From an uncultured Azospirillum sp. (lineage in GTDB: Bacteria; Pseudomonadota; Alphaproteobacteria; RF32; CAG-239), in assembly GCA_900542055.1 (NCBI GenBank), contig UQMA01000004.1:6955-70954 (forward strand): 64,000 nucleotides of DNA, given 5' to 3'. A program made the translations under genes and the position numbers. Positions 38,511 through 46,479 of the stretch are shown here, piece by piece. Each line of letters begins with the position of its first letter. The stretch's first letter is position 1. Below the pieces are notes generated by a model. That model had not been told where the DNA came from and made no database searches. It saw only the letters and a program-made list of their open reading frames with translations.

Positions 38511-39252
38511 TGCTTTTGCAAACAAAACTCAGATTGTTAATGCGTTTTACGCCTGATGTTAGACAATAGCCGTCAATTTTATTGTTGATTAACATTGTAT
38601 ATTTATTCAGATTGAAATCATAATTACTGAAATATAATACAATTTCAACATCGGTAAAACCACGGTCTGTATAAAAATTGAAGTCATAGCCGCAAATTGC
38701 TGTTCCGATATTGTTCAGGACAATTTTAGCAATATTTGAAAAATGCGCCGCATAGCCTGTTTTTAAATAGGTGTCAGCAAACTGATTCATTGCGCTGAAA
38801 AGAATATTATTGGGAGCCGATGCTACGACTCTTTTTATTAAATTTATATTGCCGGTAATTAATGCAAACCTCAACATTTCCAATGGAAAAATTTTAACAT
38901 TTTCAGCCGGATTTTCAAATCTAGGACGGATTAAAATTGCTGCCATATCCAACATGCCTAAGTTAATAAGGTCGTCAAGATACATCTTTTCGTACATTAA
39001 ACTTATGTTTCCGCCGATTCCCCAAACCTGATTAGCAATGGAGCGAGCCCTTTGTTCCTGTGAATTCATGATTTGCAGTCTTGTTTGCAAAATTAATAAT
39101 TCAGTGTTGTTTTTATATTGTAAAGAAAGCTTTTCTGCCATTGATAAAGTGCGTAAAATTCCATTGGTGTTGTTATATTCCAATGCACGCACCTGCTGAT
39201 AAAGAGCATCTATTTGTTGCTGCATGGTATCATTATTAAAATCATTCCACAT
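38488..39252 (-). CDS. Hypothetical protein (254 aa), no recognisable family
   Basis: The start is taken at MWNDFNND (ATG 39252), 4 nt after the upstream META-gene stop, with GGAGAA inside that gene's end. Its 3' end overlaps the convergent 400-aa gene by 23 nt. Confidence 0.5.
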   Translation of the reverse strand: MWNDFNNDTMQQQIDALYQQVRALEYNNTNGILRTLSMAEKLSLQYKNNTELLILQTRLQIMNSQEQRARSIANQVWGIGGNISLMYEKMYLDDLINLGMLDMAAILIRPRFENPAENVKIFPLEMLRFALITGNINLIKRVVASAPNNILFSAMNQFADTYLKTGYAAHFSNIAKIVLNNIGTAICGYDFNFYTDRGFTDVEIVLYFSNYDFNLNKYTMLINNKIDGYCLTSGVKRINNLSFVCKSIKDRTKI

Positions 39253-39256
39253 GACA

Positions 39257-39631
39257 TTATTCTCCGGAAGTTTTTTCAAAAATCATTTCTTTTTCCGGCG
39301 TGCTGATAATTAGTTTGTTGCCTTCAATTTTGTATGTATCAGCTTCATCGAGAAATTCAAAATATGCTCTTTCAGCATCCATAAGCGGCATTGGTCCTGC
39401 CATCATTGTTGTGCCTGTGGTCGAAAGTTTTATTTTTCCATTTTTGGCATGATATGAACCGAAATAATTATTTATGGCTTGTCCGTGAAAATCATTGTTT
39501 TTATCACTGAAACTGAGAGTTATCTCCAATCCGGCGTCACCTATGGTTTGGTATTCGTTTCCTTGTAAATCGTTGTTGCTTTTACAACTGATAAGTAAAA
39601 CGCTTATTAATGCAAAAAATATATTTTTCAT
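39257..39631 (-). CDS. META-domain (HslJ-like) lipoprotein
   Basis: 124 aa. The lipobox reads VLLISCK. NNYFGSYHAKNGKIKLS..GTTMMAGP..MDAERAYFEFL..YKIEGNKLII is the META domain pattern. Confidence 0.7.
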   Translation of the reverse strand: MKNIFFALISVLLISCKSNNDLQGNEYQTIGDAGLEITLSFSDKNNDFHGQAINNYFGSYHAKNGKIKLSTTGTTMMAGPMPLMDAERAYFEFLDEADTYKIEGNKLIISTPEKEMIFEKTSGE

Positions 39632-39795
39632 TCTTCTCTCCTAAAAATCACACTTATAATACTATATAAACATATTTGTTTTTTTGCCAATAAAAAATGA
39701 CAGGATATTACGGAAGGAAAAAATTTTAATAATTTATAAAAGATAAACTGGTAATAACAAATCAGTTTTACAGATCTCTTATAATGGAATGAAAA

Positions 39796-40914
39796 ATGAT
39801 AAAGAAAATATTGGCTCTTTCAACGGCATTAGCAATATTAGGAACAGAAGTTTCTGCCGGTGAATGGAATTTTGAAGCATTCGGCAAAACAAAAACTCTC
39901 TATGGATACAGTAATTATAATTCTGATTATGCCCATCATCAATCGCATAACCATCTGCCTTCTCGCTTAAATGGCAGTTTGATGGCGCAATATCAATTTG
40001 ATACCGGTTATCAATTGGGAGCTTATGCTGATTTACATTATGGGGTTGATCAACAATTAAAAGATTATAATCATGGCATCTGGGGCGAAGAGGTTTATGG
40101 TATTTTCGATTCTGATTTTGGAAAACTTATTTTCGGGCAAAGTTACAATGCGGCCTACCAATTAGGTGTCAGCGCTCCGTCAATCGGCGTTCTCGGGGTT
40201 AATCAGAGTGACGTCGTAAATTTTATAGCCAATCCAAATTGGCAGCGAAATCATCTTGCTACCGGATATCGTACGCTTAATTCAACTGATATAAACACAG
40301 ACGGAACAGCTGCAAAAGTTACATATATTTCTCCAGAGTTCAATGACGGAACTATGGTCGGTTTTTCTTATGTTCCGAATAGTTATAGCCGCGATGGCTT
40401 GATTAACCGCTATGCTTCATATAAAAATAAAGCAGGTTATATAGCTACAGTTTATCATTCAGAAGATGTCGGCGGTTTAACATTATCCGGGTCTGTCGGC
40501 GGTGCTTATTATGCAGATAATGATAACGAAATTTCCGCCGGTGTGAATATTTATCGCAAGGGCTGGACATTAGGCGGCGGCATACGCAGAACATGGGTTA
40601 ATCATTATGATGCTCATATGAACCATCGGGTTCGTCAATCTTTTGAAGATTATGACGCTTACCGTGATGCTTGGGCTTACAATGCTGGAATCAGTTATGA
40701 AATCGGACCGTTTAAAACCGCTTTAACTTATTTTTACTCTAAAGCTGATGGAAAAGATTATGAAGATAAAATCATTCAATTTTCAAATTCTTACCAATAC
40801 AATTCATATTTGACGATTTATGCGGCTGTGGCTCACGGTGATTTTGACGGAAAAACAGCAAGCGACAGTAATTCGGGATATGCTGTTATAGCCGGAACCG
40901 GAGTTAAATTTTAG
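39796..40914 (+). CDS. Outer-membrane beta-barrel porin
   Basis: 372 aa. The signal peptide ends ..GTEVSA. The sequence has an alternating aromatic/polar beta-strand pattern rich in G/Y/N/D. The C-terminus ..AGTGVKF ends with the terminal Phe typical of OMPs. Confidence 0.7.
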   Translation: MIKKILALSTALAILGTEVSAGEWNFEAFGKTKTLYGYSNYNSDYAHHQSHNHLPSRLNGSLMAQYQFDTGYQLGAYADLHYGVDQQLKDYNHGIWGEEVYGIFDSDFGKLIFGQSYNAAYQLGVSAPSIGVLGVNQSDVVNFIANPNWQRNHLATGYRTLNSTDINTDGTAAKVTYISPEFNDGTMVGFSYVPNSYSRDGLINRYASYKNKAGYIATVYHSEDVGGLTLSGSVGGAYYADNDNEISAGVNIYRKGWTLGGGIRRTWVNHYDAHMNHRVRQSFEDYDAYRDAWAYNAGISYEIGPFKTALTYFYSKADGKDYEDKIIQFSNSYQYNSYLTIYAAVAHGDFDGKTASDSNSGYAVIAGTGVKF

Positions 40915-40923
40915 GAGAATATA

Positions 40924-41544
40924 ATGGCTAATATTTTGCTTTTGTCATCTTCAGAAGAGTTTTATACTGATCTAAAAGAGCAAATAAATCTTAATGCGGC
41001 TGATTTTGCCGTTTACGGCGAAAAAAATGATGATGTCGTTTTTGATGTGGCGATTGTTGATGAAAATTGGAAACAAGCGGTTTTATTGCAAAAAAAATTG
41101 CGGAAAACGCCTATAATTTATTTAGGCAACAATGCTGATGAAAATGTTAGTGCAATTACAATTGTCAACAAACCTTTAAGATTGGAAGCGCTGTTGGATT
41201 TAATACTGTCCAGCGCCAATCTTTTTGCCCACAGCAATGATGGACAGCTGCAATTTGGCGGATATGTGTTAAATAGCGGTAAAAAAGATATTGTATATGA
41301 GAAAAACGGAAAATCGGTTAAGTTAACGGAAAGAGAAGTGGCAATTTTAAATTACCTCTACAAAACTCATGAAAAAAACGTTACCAAAAATGAGCTGCTA
41401 TCTGAAGTTTGGGGGTACAATCCTGATGCAACAACTCATACGGTAGAAACTCATATTTATCGTTTGCGTCAAAAAATAGAAGATGGCACCGATGGTTCTC
41501 AGGTTATTCTTACGGAAGAAAACGGATATAAACTAAATTTTTAA
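40924..41544 (+). CDS. OmpR/PhoB-type winged-helix regulator with an atypical receiver domain
   Basis: 206 aa. The C-terminus LTEREVAILNYL..V.K.ELLSEVWGY....THTVETHIYRLRQKI is the Trans_reg_C pattern. The receiver keeps IVD and NKP but lacks the N-terminal acidic DD pair (ILLLSSSEE) and the T/S of beta4. Confidence 0.75.
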   Translation: MANILLLSSSEEFYTDLKEQINLNAADFAVYGEKNDDVVFDVAIVDENWKQAVLLQKKLRKTPIIYLGNNADENVSAITIVNKPLRLEALLDLILSSANLFAHSNDGQLQFGGYVLNSGKKDIVYEKNGKSVKLTEREVAILNYLYKTHEKNVTKNELLSEVWGYNPDATTHTVETHIYRLRQKIEDGTDGSQVILTEENGYKLNF

Positions 41545-42318
41545 AGTGATTATCAGTGGAATGTGATCGGAAGGGCGCTCTTCGGCGCGGAAATTACGAC
41601 AAAATTCAATATTAGAAATTTTTTCGGTCAAATCAGGAGCAACCCAAATGTGATCCAATCTGCGCCCTTTGTCGTTTTTTTGCCAGTTTGGATTCCTATA
41701 GCTCCACCATGAATAAAGCTTTTGCGGTTCTGGATATATTCGGCGGGCTGCATCAACAAAATTGCCGTTTTTGAAAAATGCTGTCAGCTTTTCAATTTCA
41801 ATCGGCGTGTGTGAAATTGTTTTAAGCATGGCCTTATGATTCCATACGTCATTTTCCAAAGGTGCAATATTAAAATCTCCGCAGATTAAACGTTTAGCAG
41901 ATTTGTCAGAGAAAAAGCTTCCAAGTTCATCAACAAAATCGAGCTTGTGAACAAAAGACGGATTCGTTTTTATGTCTGGAATTTCTCCTCCGGCTGGAAT
42001 GTATATATTATGAATTTCTACTCCGTTTTCGATTATAGCGCTGATATGGCGGGCGTCATCGCGGTTTGTATGTGTGTGCTTTTTTATTTGGGTTAAAGGA
42101 GTTTTTGAAAAAATGGCAACGCCGTTATAAGCAGGCATGCTATACAGAGCGATATGCTTATATCCCAAATTATTTATTTCAGAAAACGGAAAGTCTTCTT
42201 CTTTTGCTTTTACCTCTTGTAGGCAAATAACATCTAAATCTTTTTCCTTAACCAACTTTTGTAATAAAGGGAAACGGATTCGGATTGAATTGACATTCCA
42301 TGTGGCCAGCTTAAACAT
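41533..42318 (-). CDS. xthA: Exodeoxyribonuclease III
   Basis: 261 aa. LATWNVNSIR, ICLQEVK, GDFNIAP and SDHIPL are present. Confidence 0.9.
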   Translation of the reverse strand: MFKLATWNVNSIRIRFPLLQKLVKEKDLDVICLQEVKAKEEDFPFSEINNLGYKHIALYSMPAYNGVAIFSKTPLTQIKKHTHTNRDDARHISAIIENGVEIHNIYIPAGGEIPDIKTNPSFVHKLDFVDELGSFFSDKSAKRLICGDFNIAPLENDVWNHKAMLKTISHTPIEIEKLTAFFKNGNFVDAARRIYPEPQKLYSWWSYRNPNWQKNDKGRRLDHIWVAPDLTEKISNIEFCRNFRAEERPSDHIPLIITLKI

Positions 42319-42932
42319 TAACGGCCTTTGTTGATTTTAAGCGGGTTTTTGTTTTTACGAAATTTGAATAAGGATTGGTCCAATGGCTTATCTATTTGTG
42401 TTCCGTAAAGCGAAACCGCAACTTCAACGCTTTGCGGGTCGATTATTTTCCATTGACGCAGCTCAAAAGGAGAGTTGTTAAAAGTCAGAGTTATCGTTCC
42501 CAGATTGCCTTTGCCTTTATAATCCAATCCGATAATCGTTGTTCCGGCGTCTTTATAAAAAGAGGCCACTTTTATATTTTTGCCGTCAATTTTAATATCG
42601 TTTCCCAAAATAAGCGAAGCCGGAATATCGTCATAATCTATATTGCTGACCTGATCTAAATCTTTATCGTTATATACAATATAATCGCCGTTTCCGACAA
42701 TCAAAACATTTGTCGGCGCCGCATATTCCATGTGGATTTTATTGGGCTTTTCAATATAAAGGGTGCCTTCCGAAACGTTGCCGTTGCTTGCATTTTGCAC
42801 AAAGCGTGCTTGCAGTGTTTTGACCGAGTTAAGATAGTTTTCGATTCGGGATAAATCATTCTTTGTTTGAGCGGTTGCATTTTGAGTTTCTAAAATAAAA
42901 AGCCCAGCCAGTAAAATTTTCAAGAGTTTCAT
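42318..42932 (-). CDS. lolA: Outer-membrane lipoprotein carrier protein LolA
   Basis: The start is taken at MKLLKILLAGLF (ATG 42932). LQARFVQ and the following beta-rich pattern are typical of LolA. The track start at 42950 is a TTG. Confidence 0.75.
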   Translation of the reverse strand: MKLLKILLAGLFILETQNATAQTKNDLSRIENYLNSVKTLQARFVQNASNGNVSEGTLYIEKPNKIHMEYAAPTNVLIVGNGDYIVYNDKDLDQVSNIDYDDIPASLILGNDIKIDGKNIKVASFYKDAGTTIIGLDYKGKGNLGTITLTFNNSPFELRQWKIIDPQSVEVAVSLYGTQIDKPLDQSLFKFRKNKNPLKINKGR

Positions 42933-43273
42933 ATCCCGAGTATCCTTCAAATTAAAGTTATAATTACTATATATAATATGATTCGCAATTATTGCAATTA
43001 TTAGATTCTCTTATCTTTATTATTAAAAATGCAAAATATCGCTCAGTTTTCTTATTTTGATAATAATATGTTGATATTACTTTGTATTTTTATTTTCTCA
43101 AAAAATTATCCACCAGTCGTTTTTTTAAAAAATGCCTTATTAGAATAGGGTAGCTTGTCAATAAGAAAAAAAATATATTTAGCATGGAAAAATAAAATTC
43201 TTTATTGCACTATTATAAGCATGTTAAGTCATCCGATTCTTATTAAAAATAGATGATAAAAATTTTGTGCATA

Positions 43274-43319
43274 ATACAATATTTAGTATATTTTAATATT
43301 TTCAAACTAAATATAGTGT
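43274..43319 (+). promoter_or_regulatory. Two candidate NrdR boxes upstream of nrdD
   Basis: ATACAATATTTAGTAT (43274-43289) and AAACTAAATATAGTGT (43304-43319) resemble the 16-bp NrdR palindrome acaCwAtATaTwGtgt. They lie 30 bp apart and 50-95 nt upstream of the nrdD ATG. The region is AT-rich, so chance matches are plausible. Confidence 0.4.
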
Positions 43320-43367
43320 ATCAAAAGCAGTTTTAACCAAACTAAAGATAAAGGAAAAGAGAGCGAA

Positions 43368-45422
43368 ATGTCCAACCACGAATATAAAGTTTCAAAGATT
43401 GCGGAAGGTGCAAAAATAGCCAATGTAGCCAAAAGAGATGGTACTTTGGTTCCGTTCGACAGTGATAAAATTTTTAATGCCATTCGCAAAGCCGGTGAGG
43501 CGACAGGTGAATTTGGAGAACAGGAATGCTATTTGCTGACCGGACAGGTATTAAAGGTGTTGGAACATAAGTTTTCCGATTCTCTTCCGTCAATTGAAAA
43601 TATTCAGGATGTGGTTGAACAGGTATTGATTTCTGCAAACTATTTTACGACCGCAAAATCGTATATTTTGTATCGTGATCAACGTAACCGCGCTCGCGGC
43701 GATCATAAGGTTGTGGTTGATGTGGAAAGTTCAATCAATGAATATCTTGAAAAATTGGACTGGCGCGTTAATGCTAATGCCAATCAAGGATATTCTAACG
43801 GCGGCTTGATTTTGAATGTCTCCGGTAAAGTTACGGCAAACTATTGGTTGAGCCATGTTTATCCGGCTAATGTGGGCGAAGCGCACAGAAATGGCGATAT
43901 TCATATTCACGATTTGGATATGTTGGCTGCTTATTGCGCTGGTTGGTCTTTGAAAAATTTACTTCATGAAGGTTTTAACGGTGTCCCCGGCAAAACCGAA
44001 GCTGGTCCGGCAAAGCATTTGTCTGCCGCTGTAGGACAAATGGTTAATTTTATGGGTACACTGCAAAACGAATGGGCGGGTGCGCAGGCGTTTTCTTCGG
44101 TCGATACATATTTGGCGCCGTATGTCCGTGCTGACAAATTGTCGTATGAACAGGTTGAGCAATGCTTTCAGGAATTGATTTATAACCTGAATGTTCCTTC
44201 CCGCTGGGGTTCTCAAACACCGTTTACAAACTTTACGTTCGATTGGGTATGCCCTGATGATTTGCGCAATACGCACCCGATGATAGCAGGTGTTGAACAG
44301 CCTTTTACTTACGGCGACCTTAAACCTGAAATGGATATGATTAATAAAGCTTATATCACAGTAATGATGAAGGGTGATATTAAGGGGCGTCCGTTTACTT
44401 TTCCGATACCTACTTATAATATGACGCCGGATTTCCCGTGGGAGGATGAAAATACTGAGCTTTTGTTTGAAATGACAGCAAAGTACGGTTTGCCTTATTT
44501 TCAGAACTTCATTAATTCTACTTTGAAACCGGGGCAGATTCGCTCTATGTGCTGCCGCTTGCAGTTGGATTTGCGCGAGTTGTTGGCAAAAGGCAATGGC
44601 TTATTTGGTTCAGCTGAGCAAACCGGCTCAATCGGGGTTGTAACTTTTAACTGTGCTCGTTTGGGATATGTTTATAAAAATAATGAAGCGGGAATGTTCG
44701 CACGTGTTGACGAGTTAATGAACATAGCGCGGACTTCTCTTGAACTGAAGCGCAAGTTGATACAACGCTTGATTGATAACGGACTTTTCCCGTTTACAAA
44801 ACGCTATCTCGGAACTTTGCGTAATCATTTCTCCACAATCGGGGTCAATGGTATTAATGAAATGATTGCCAATTTTACCGATGGCAAACATGATATTGCT
44901 GATGAATGGGGACGCGCTTTTGCTGAAAAATTCCTTGATTATATACGTGCTAAGTTGGTGAAAATTCAGGAAGAAACAGGTCATATGTATAATCTTGAAG
45001 CTACTCCGGCAGAGAGTGCAACTTACCGCTTTGCTCGTGAAGATAAAAAGCGCTTTGCCGGAATAATTCAGGCCGGTACACCTGAAAATCCATATTATAC
45101 CAACTCTTCGCAATTGCCGGTTGGTTACACGGATGATCCGTTTGAAGCCTTGGAACTGCAAGCTGATTTACAATCAAAATATACGGGGGGAACAGTTCTT
45201 CACCTCTATATGGGACAGCGCATTTCTTCGGCTAGAGTTTGCCGCGACATTGTGAAACGCGTTCTGACCAATTATCGTTTACCGTACATTACAATTACCC
45301 CGACATTTTCCGTTTGCCCAAAACACGGTTATATTTCGGGAGAACATAAATACTGCCCTATCTGCGATGAGGAGAAAATGGCAGAAAAAAGAAAAGCCGC
45401 GGCTTCTGCCGAAGTTGCATAA
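43368..45422 (+). CDS. nrdD: Anaerobic ribonucleoside-triphosphate reductase NrdD, lacking the C-terminal glycyl-radical segment
   Basis: 684 aa. The N-terminal ATP-cone reads VAKRDGTLVPFDSDKIFNAIRKA. The class III core reads IHIHDLD, SMCCRLQLD, NLEATPAES and NSSQLP. It ends in a Zn-ribbon-like SVCPKHGYISGEHKYCPICDEE. No RxxGY motif precedes the TAA at 45420-45422. Confidence 0.9.
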   Translation: MSNHEYKVSKIAEGAKIANVAKRDGTLVPFDSDKIFNAIRKAGEATGEFGEQECYLLTGQVLKVLEHKFSDSLPSIENIQDVVEQVLISANYFTTAKSYILYRDQRNRARGDHKVVVDVESSINEYLEKLDWRVNANANQGYSNGGLILNVSGKVTANYWLSHVYPANVGEAHRNGDIHIHDLDMLAAYCAGWSLKNLLHEGFNGVPGKTEAGPAKHLSAAVGQMVNFMGTLQNEWAGAQAFSSVDTYLAPYVRADKLSYEQVEQCFQELIYNLNVPSRWGSQTPFTNFTFDWVCPDDLRNTHPMIAGVEQPFTYGDLKPEMDMINKAYITVMMKGDIKGRPFTFPIPTYNMTPDFPWEDENTELLFEMTAKYGLPYFQNFINSTLKPGQIRSMCCRLQLDLRELLAKGNGLFGSAEQTGSIGVVTFNCARLGYVYKNNEAGMFARVDELMNIARTSLELKRKLIQRLIDNGLFPFTKRYLGTLRNHFSTIGVNGINEMIANFTDGKHDIADEWGRAFAEKFLDYIRAKLVKIQEETGHMYNLEATPAESATYRFAREDKKRFAGIIQAGTPENPYYTNSSQLPVGYTDDPFEALELQADLQSKYTGGTVLHLYMGQRISSARVCRDIVKRVLTNYRLPYITITPTFSVCPKHGYISGEHKYCPICDEEKMAEKRKAAASAEVA

Positions 45423-45461
45423 TTTGTAAAAAAATGTTATACTATAAATTGGAGATATAAA

Positions 45462-45668
45462 ATGACAGTTGTTAATATTGAAGATGTAAAATTGAATGAT
45501 TCGGAAAGACAGCCTTGCGAAGTTTGGACACGTGTAATGGGATATTTGCGTCCGGTTTCAGAATTTAACAAAGGTAAAAAATCTGAATTTTATTCTCGTA
45601 AATATTTCGCTGAAAATAAAGCTGTTTTAGGCTGTGGATGCGAACATATGGATATTGCTGCCGAGTAG
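45462..45668 (+). CDS. Stand-alone NrdD C-terminal glycyl-radical module (68 aa)
   Basis: EVWTRVMGYLRPVSEFNKGKKSEFYSRKYF matches the class III RNR radical-glycine motif (R-x-x-GY..P....N.GK..E...R). It has its own GGAGA SD. It is in the same frame as nrdD, 13 sense codons after the nrdD TAA. Confidence 0.8.
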   Translation: MTVVNIEDVKLNDSERQPCEVWTRVMGYLRPVSEFNKGKKSEFYSRKYFAENKAVLGCGCEHMDIAAE

Positions 45669-45671
45669 GTT

Positions 45672-46385
45672 ATGCAGCGGAGTTCCATTAGAGTCGGCGG
45701 TGTTGAAACTTTCAGCACCGTCGATTTTCCTGATAAAATAAGTGCAGTTGTTTTTATGCAGGGGTGTCCGTGGCGATGCCCTTTTTGTCATAATGCAGTA
45801 TTGCAAAAGGCTGATTATGACAGCGGTTTTATTTGGGAAAAGTTTATTGACTTTTTAAAGACTAGACAAAAAATTTTAGACGGCGTTGTTTTCAGCGGCG
45901 GCGAACCTTTACTGCAAGATGAGTTGGAAAGCGCTGTAAAAGAGGTAAAACAACTGGGATTTCAAATCGGACTGCATACCGGCGGGTATCGTCCGTCACA
46001 CCTAGAAAAAATTTTACCGTTAGTTGATTGGGTAGGACTTGATATAAAAGCTCCGCTTGTTCCTGAACATTATTCGCGCACTATCGGTTGTTCTGCAGCT
46101 TTGCAGCTGCCGAATATATTAAAGTCGTTGCAGATTTTGTTGGATGGCAGTGCTGATTTTGAATGCAGGACAACATGTGATCCGCGTATTTTGTCTATAG
46201 CCGATATAGCGCGTATCGGAGAAGAACTTTCCTCGCGCGGCGTTAAGAAATATTTTTTGCAGAAATACCGTCCGATAGAGACAGATTTGAAGACGCAAGA
46301 CGCTGATTGCGAAAGTTTTTTCCTTAATGAAAAACTTTTATCTGATCTAAAAGCAAAATTTTCAGTTTTTGGTGTGCGCAAATAG
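45672..46385 (+). CDS. nrdG: Anaerobic ribonucleotide reductase activating enzyme (radical SAM)
   Basis: 237 aa. FMQGCPWRCPFCHN contains the CxxxCxxC cluster, and VVFSGGEPLLQ is present. It starts 3 nt after the 68-aa ORF. Confidence 0.85.
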   Translation: MQRSSIRVGGVETFSTVDFPDKISAVVFMQGCPWRCPFCHNAVLQKADYDSGFIWEKFIDFLKTRQKILDGVVFSGGEPLLQDELESAVKEVKQLGFQIGLHTGGYRPSHLEKILPLVDWVGLDIKAPLVPEHYSRTIGCSAALQLPNILKSLQILLDGSADFECRTTCDPRILSIADIARIGEELSSRGVKKYFLQKYRPIETDLKTQDADCESFFLNEKLLSDLKAKFSVFGVRK

Positions 46386-46479
46386 AAAAAATTGGGGTTG
46401 AAAATCAAAACAATAAACAAAAAAACTAGACAAAACCAAAGTAACATGCTATCCTTATCTCAAAATAAGGAGAAGACTG

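Noticed and set aside
43106-43114. DnaA-box-like TTATCCACC in a long AT-rich spacer, raising the question of a replication origin
   Set aside because: There is only one box and no cluster of DnaA or CtrA (TTAA-N7-TTAA) sites. None of the usual oriC-neighbour genes are present.
43029-43148. 39-aa hydrophobic mini-ORF (MQNIAQFSYFDNNMLILLCIFIFSKNYPPVVFLKNALLE) in the nrdD upstream spacer
   Set aside because: It has no SD and lies in very AT-rich DNA, where such ORFs arise by chance. It resembles nothing I know. It could only be rescued by conservation or ribosome profiling.
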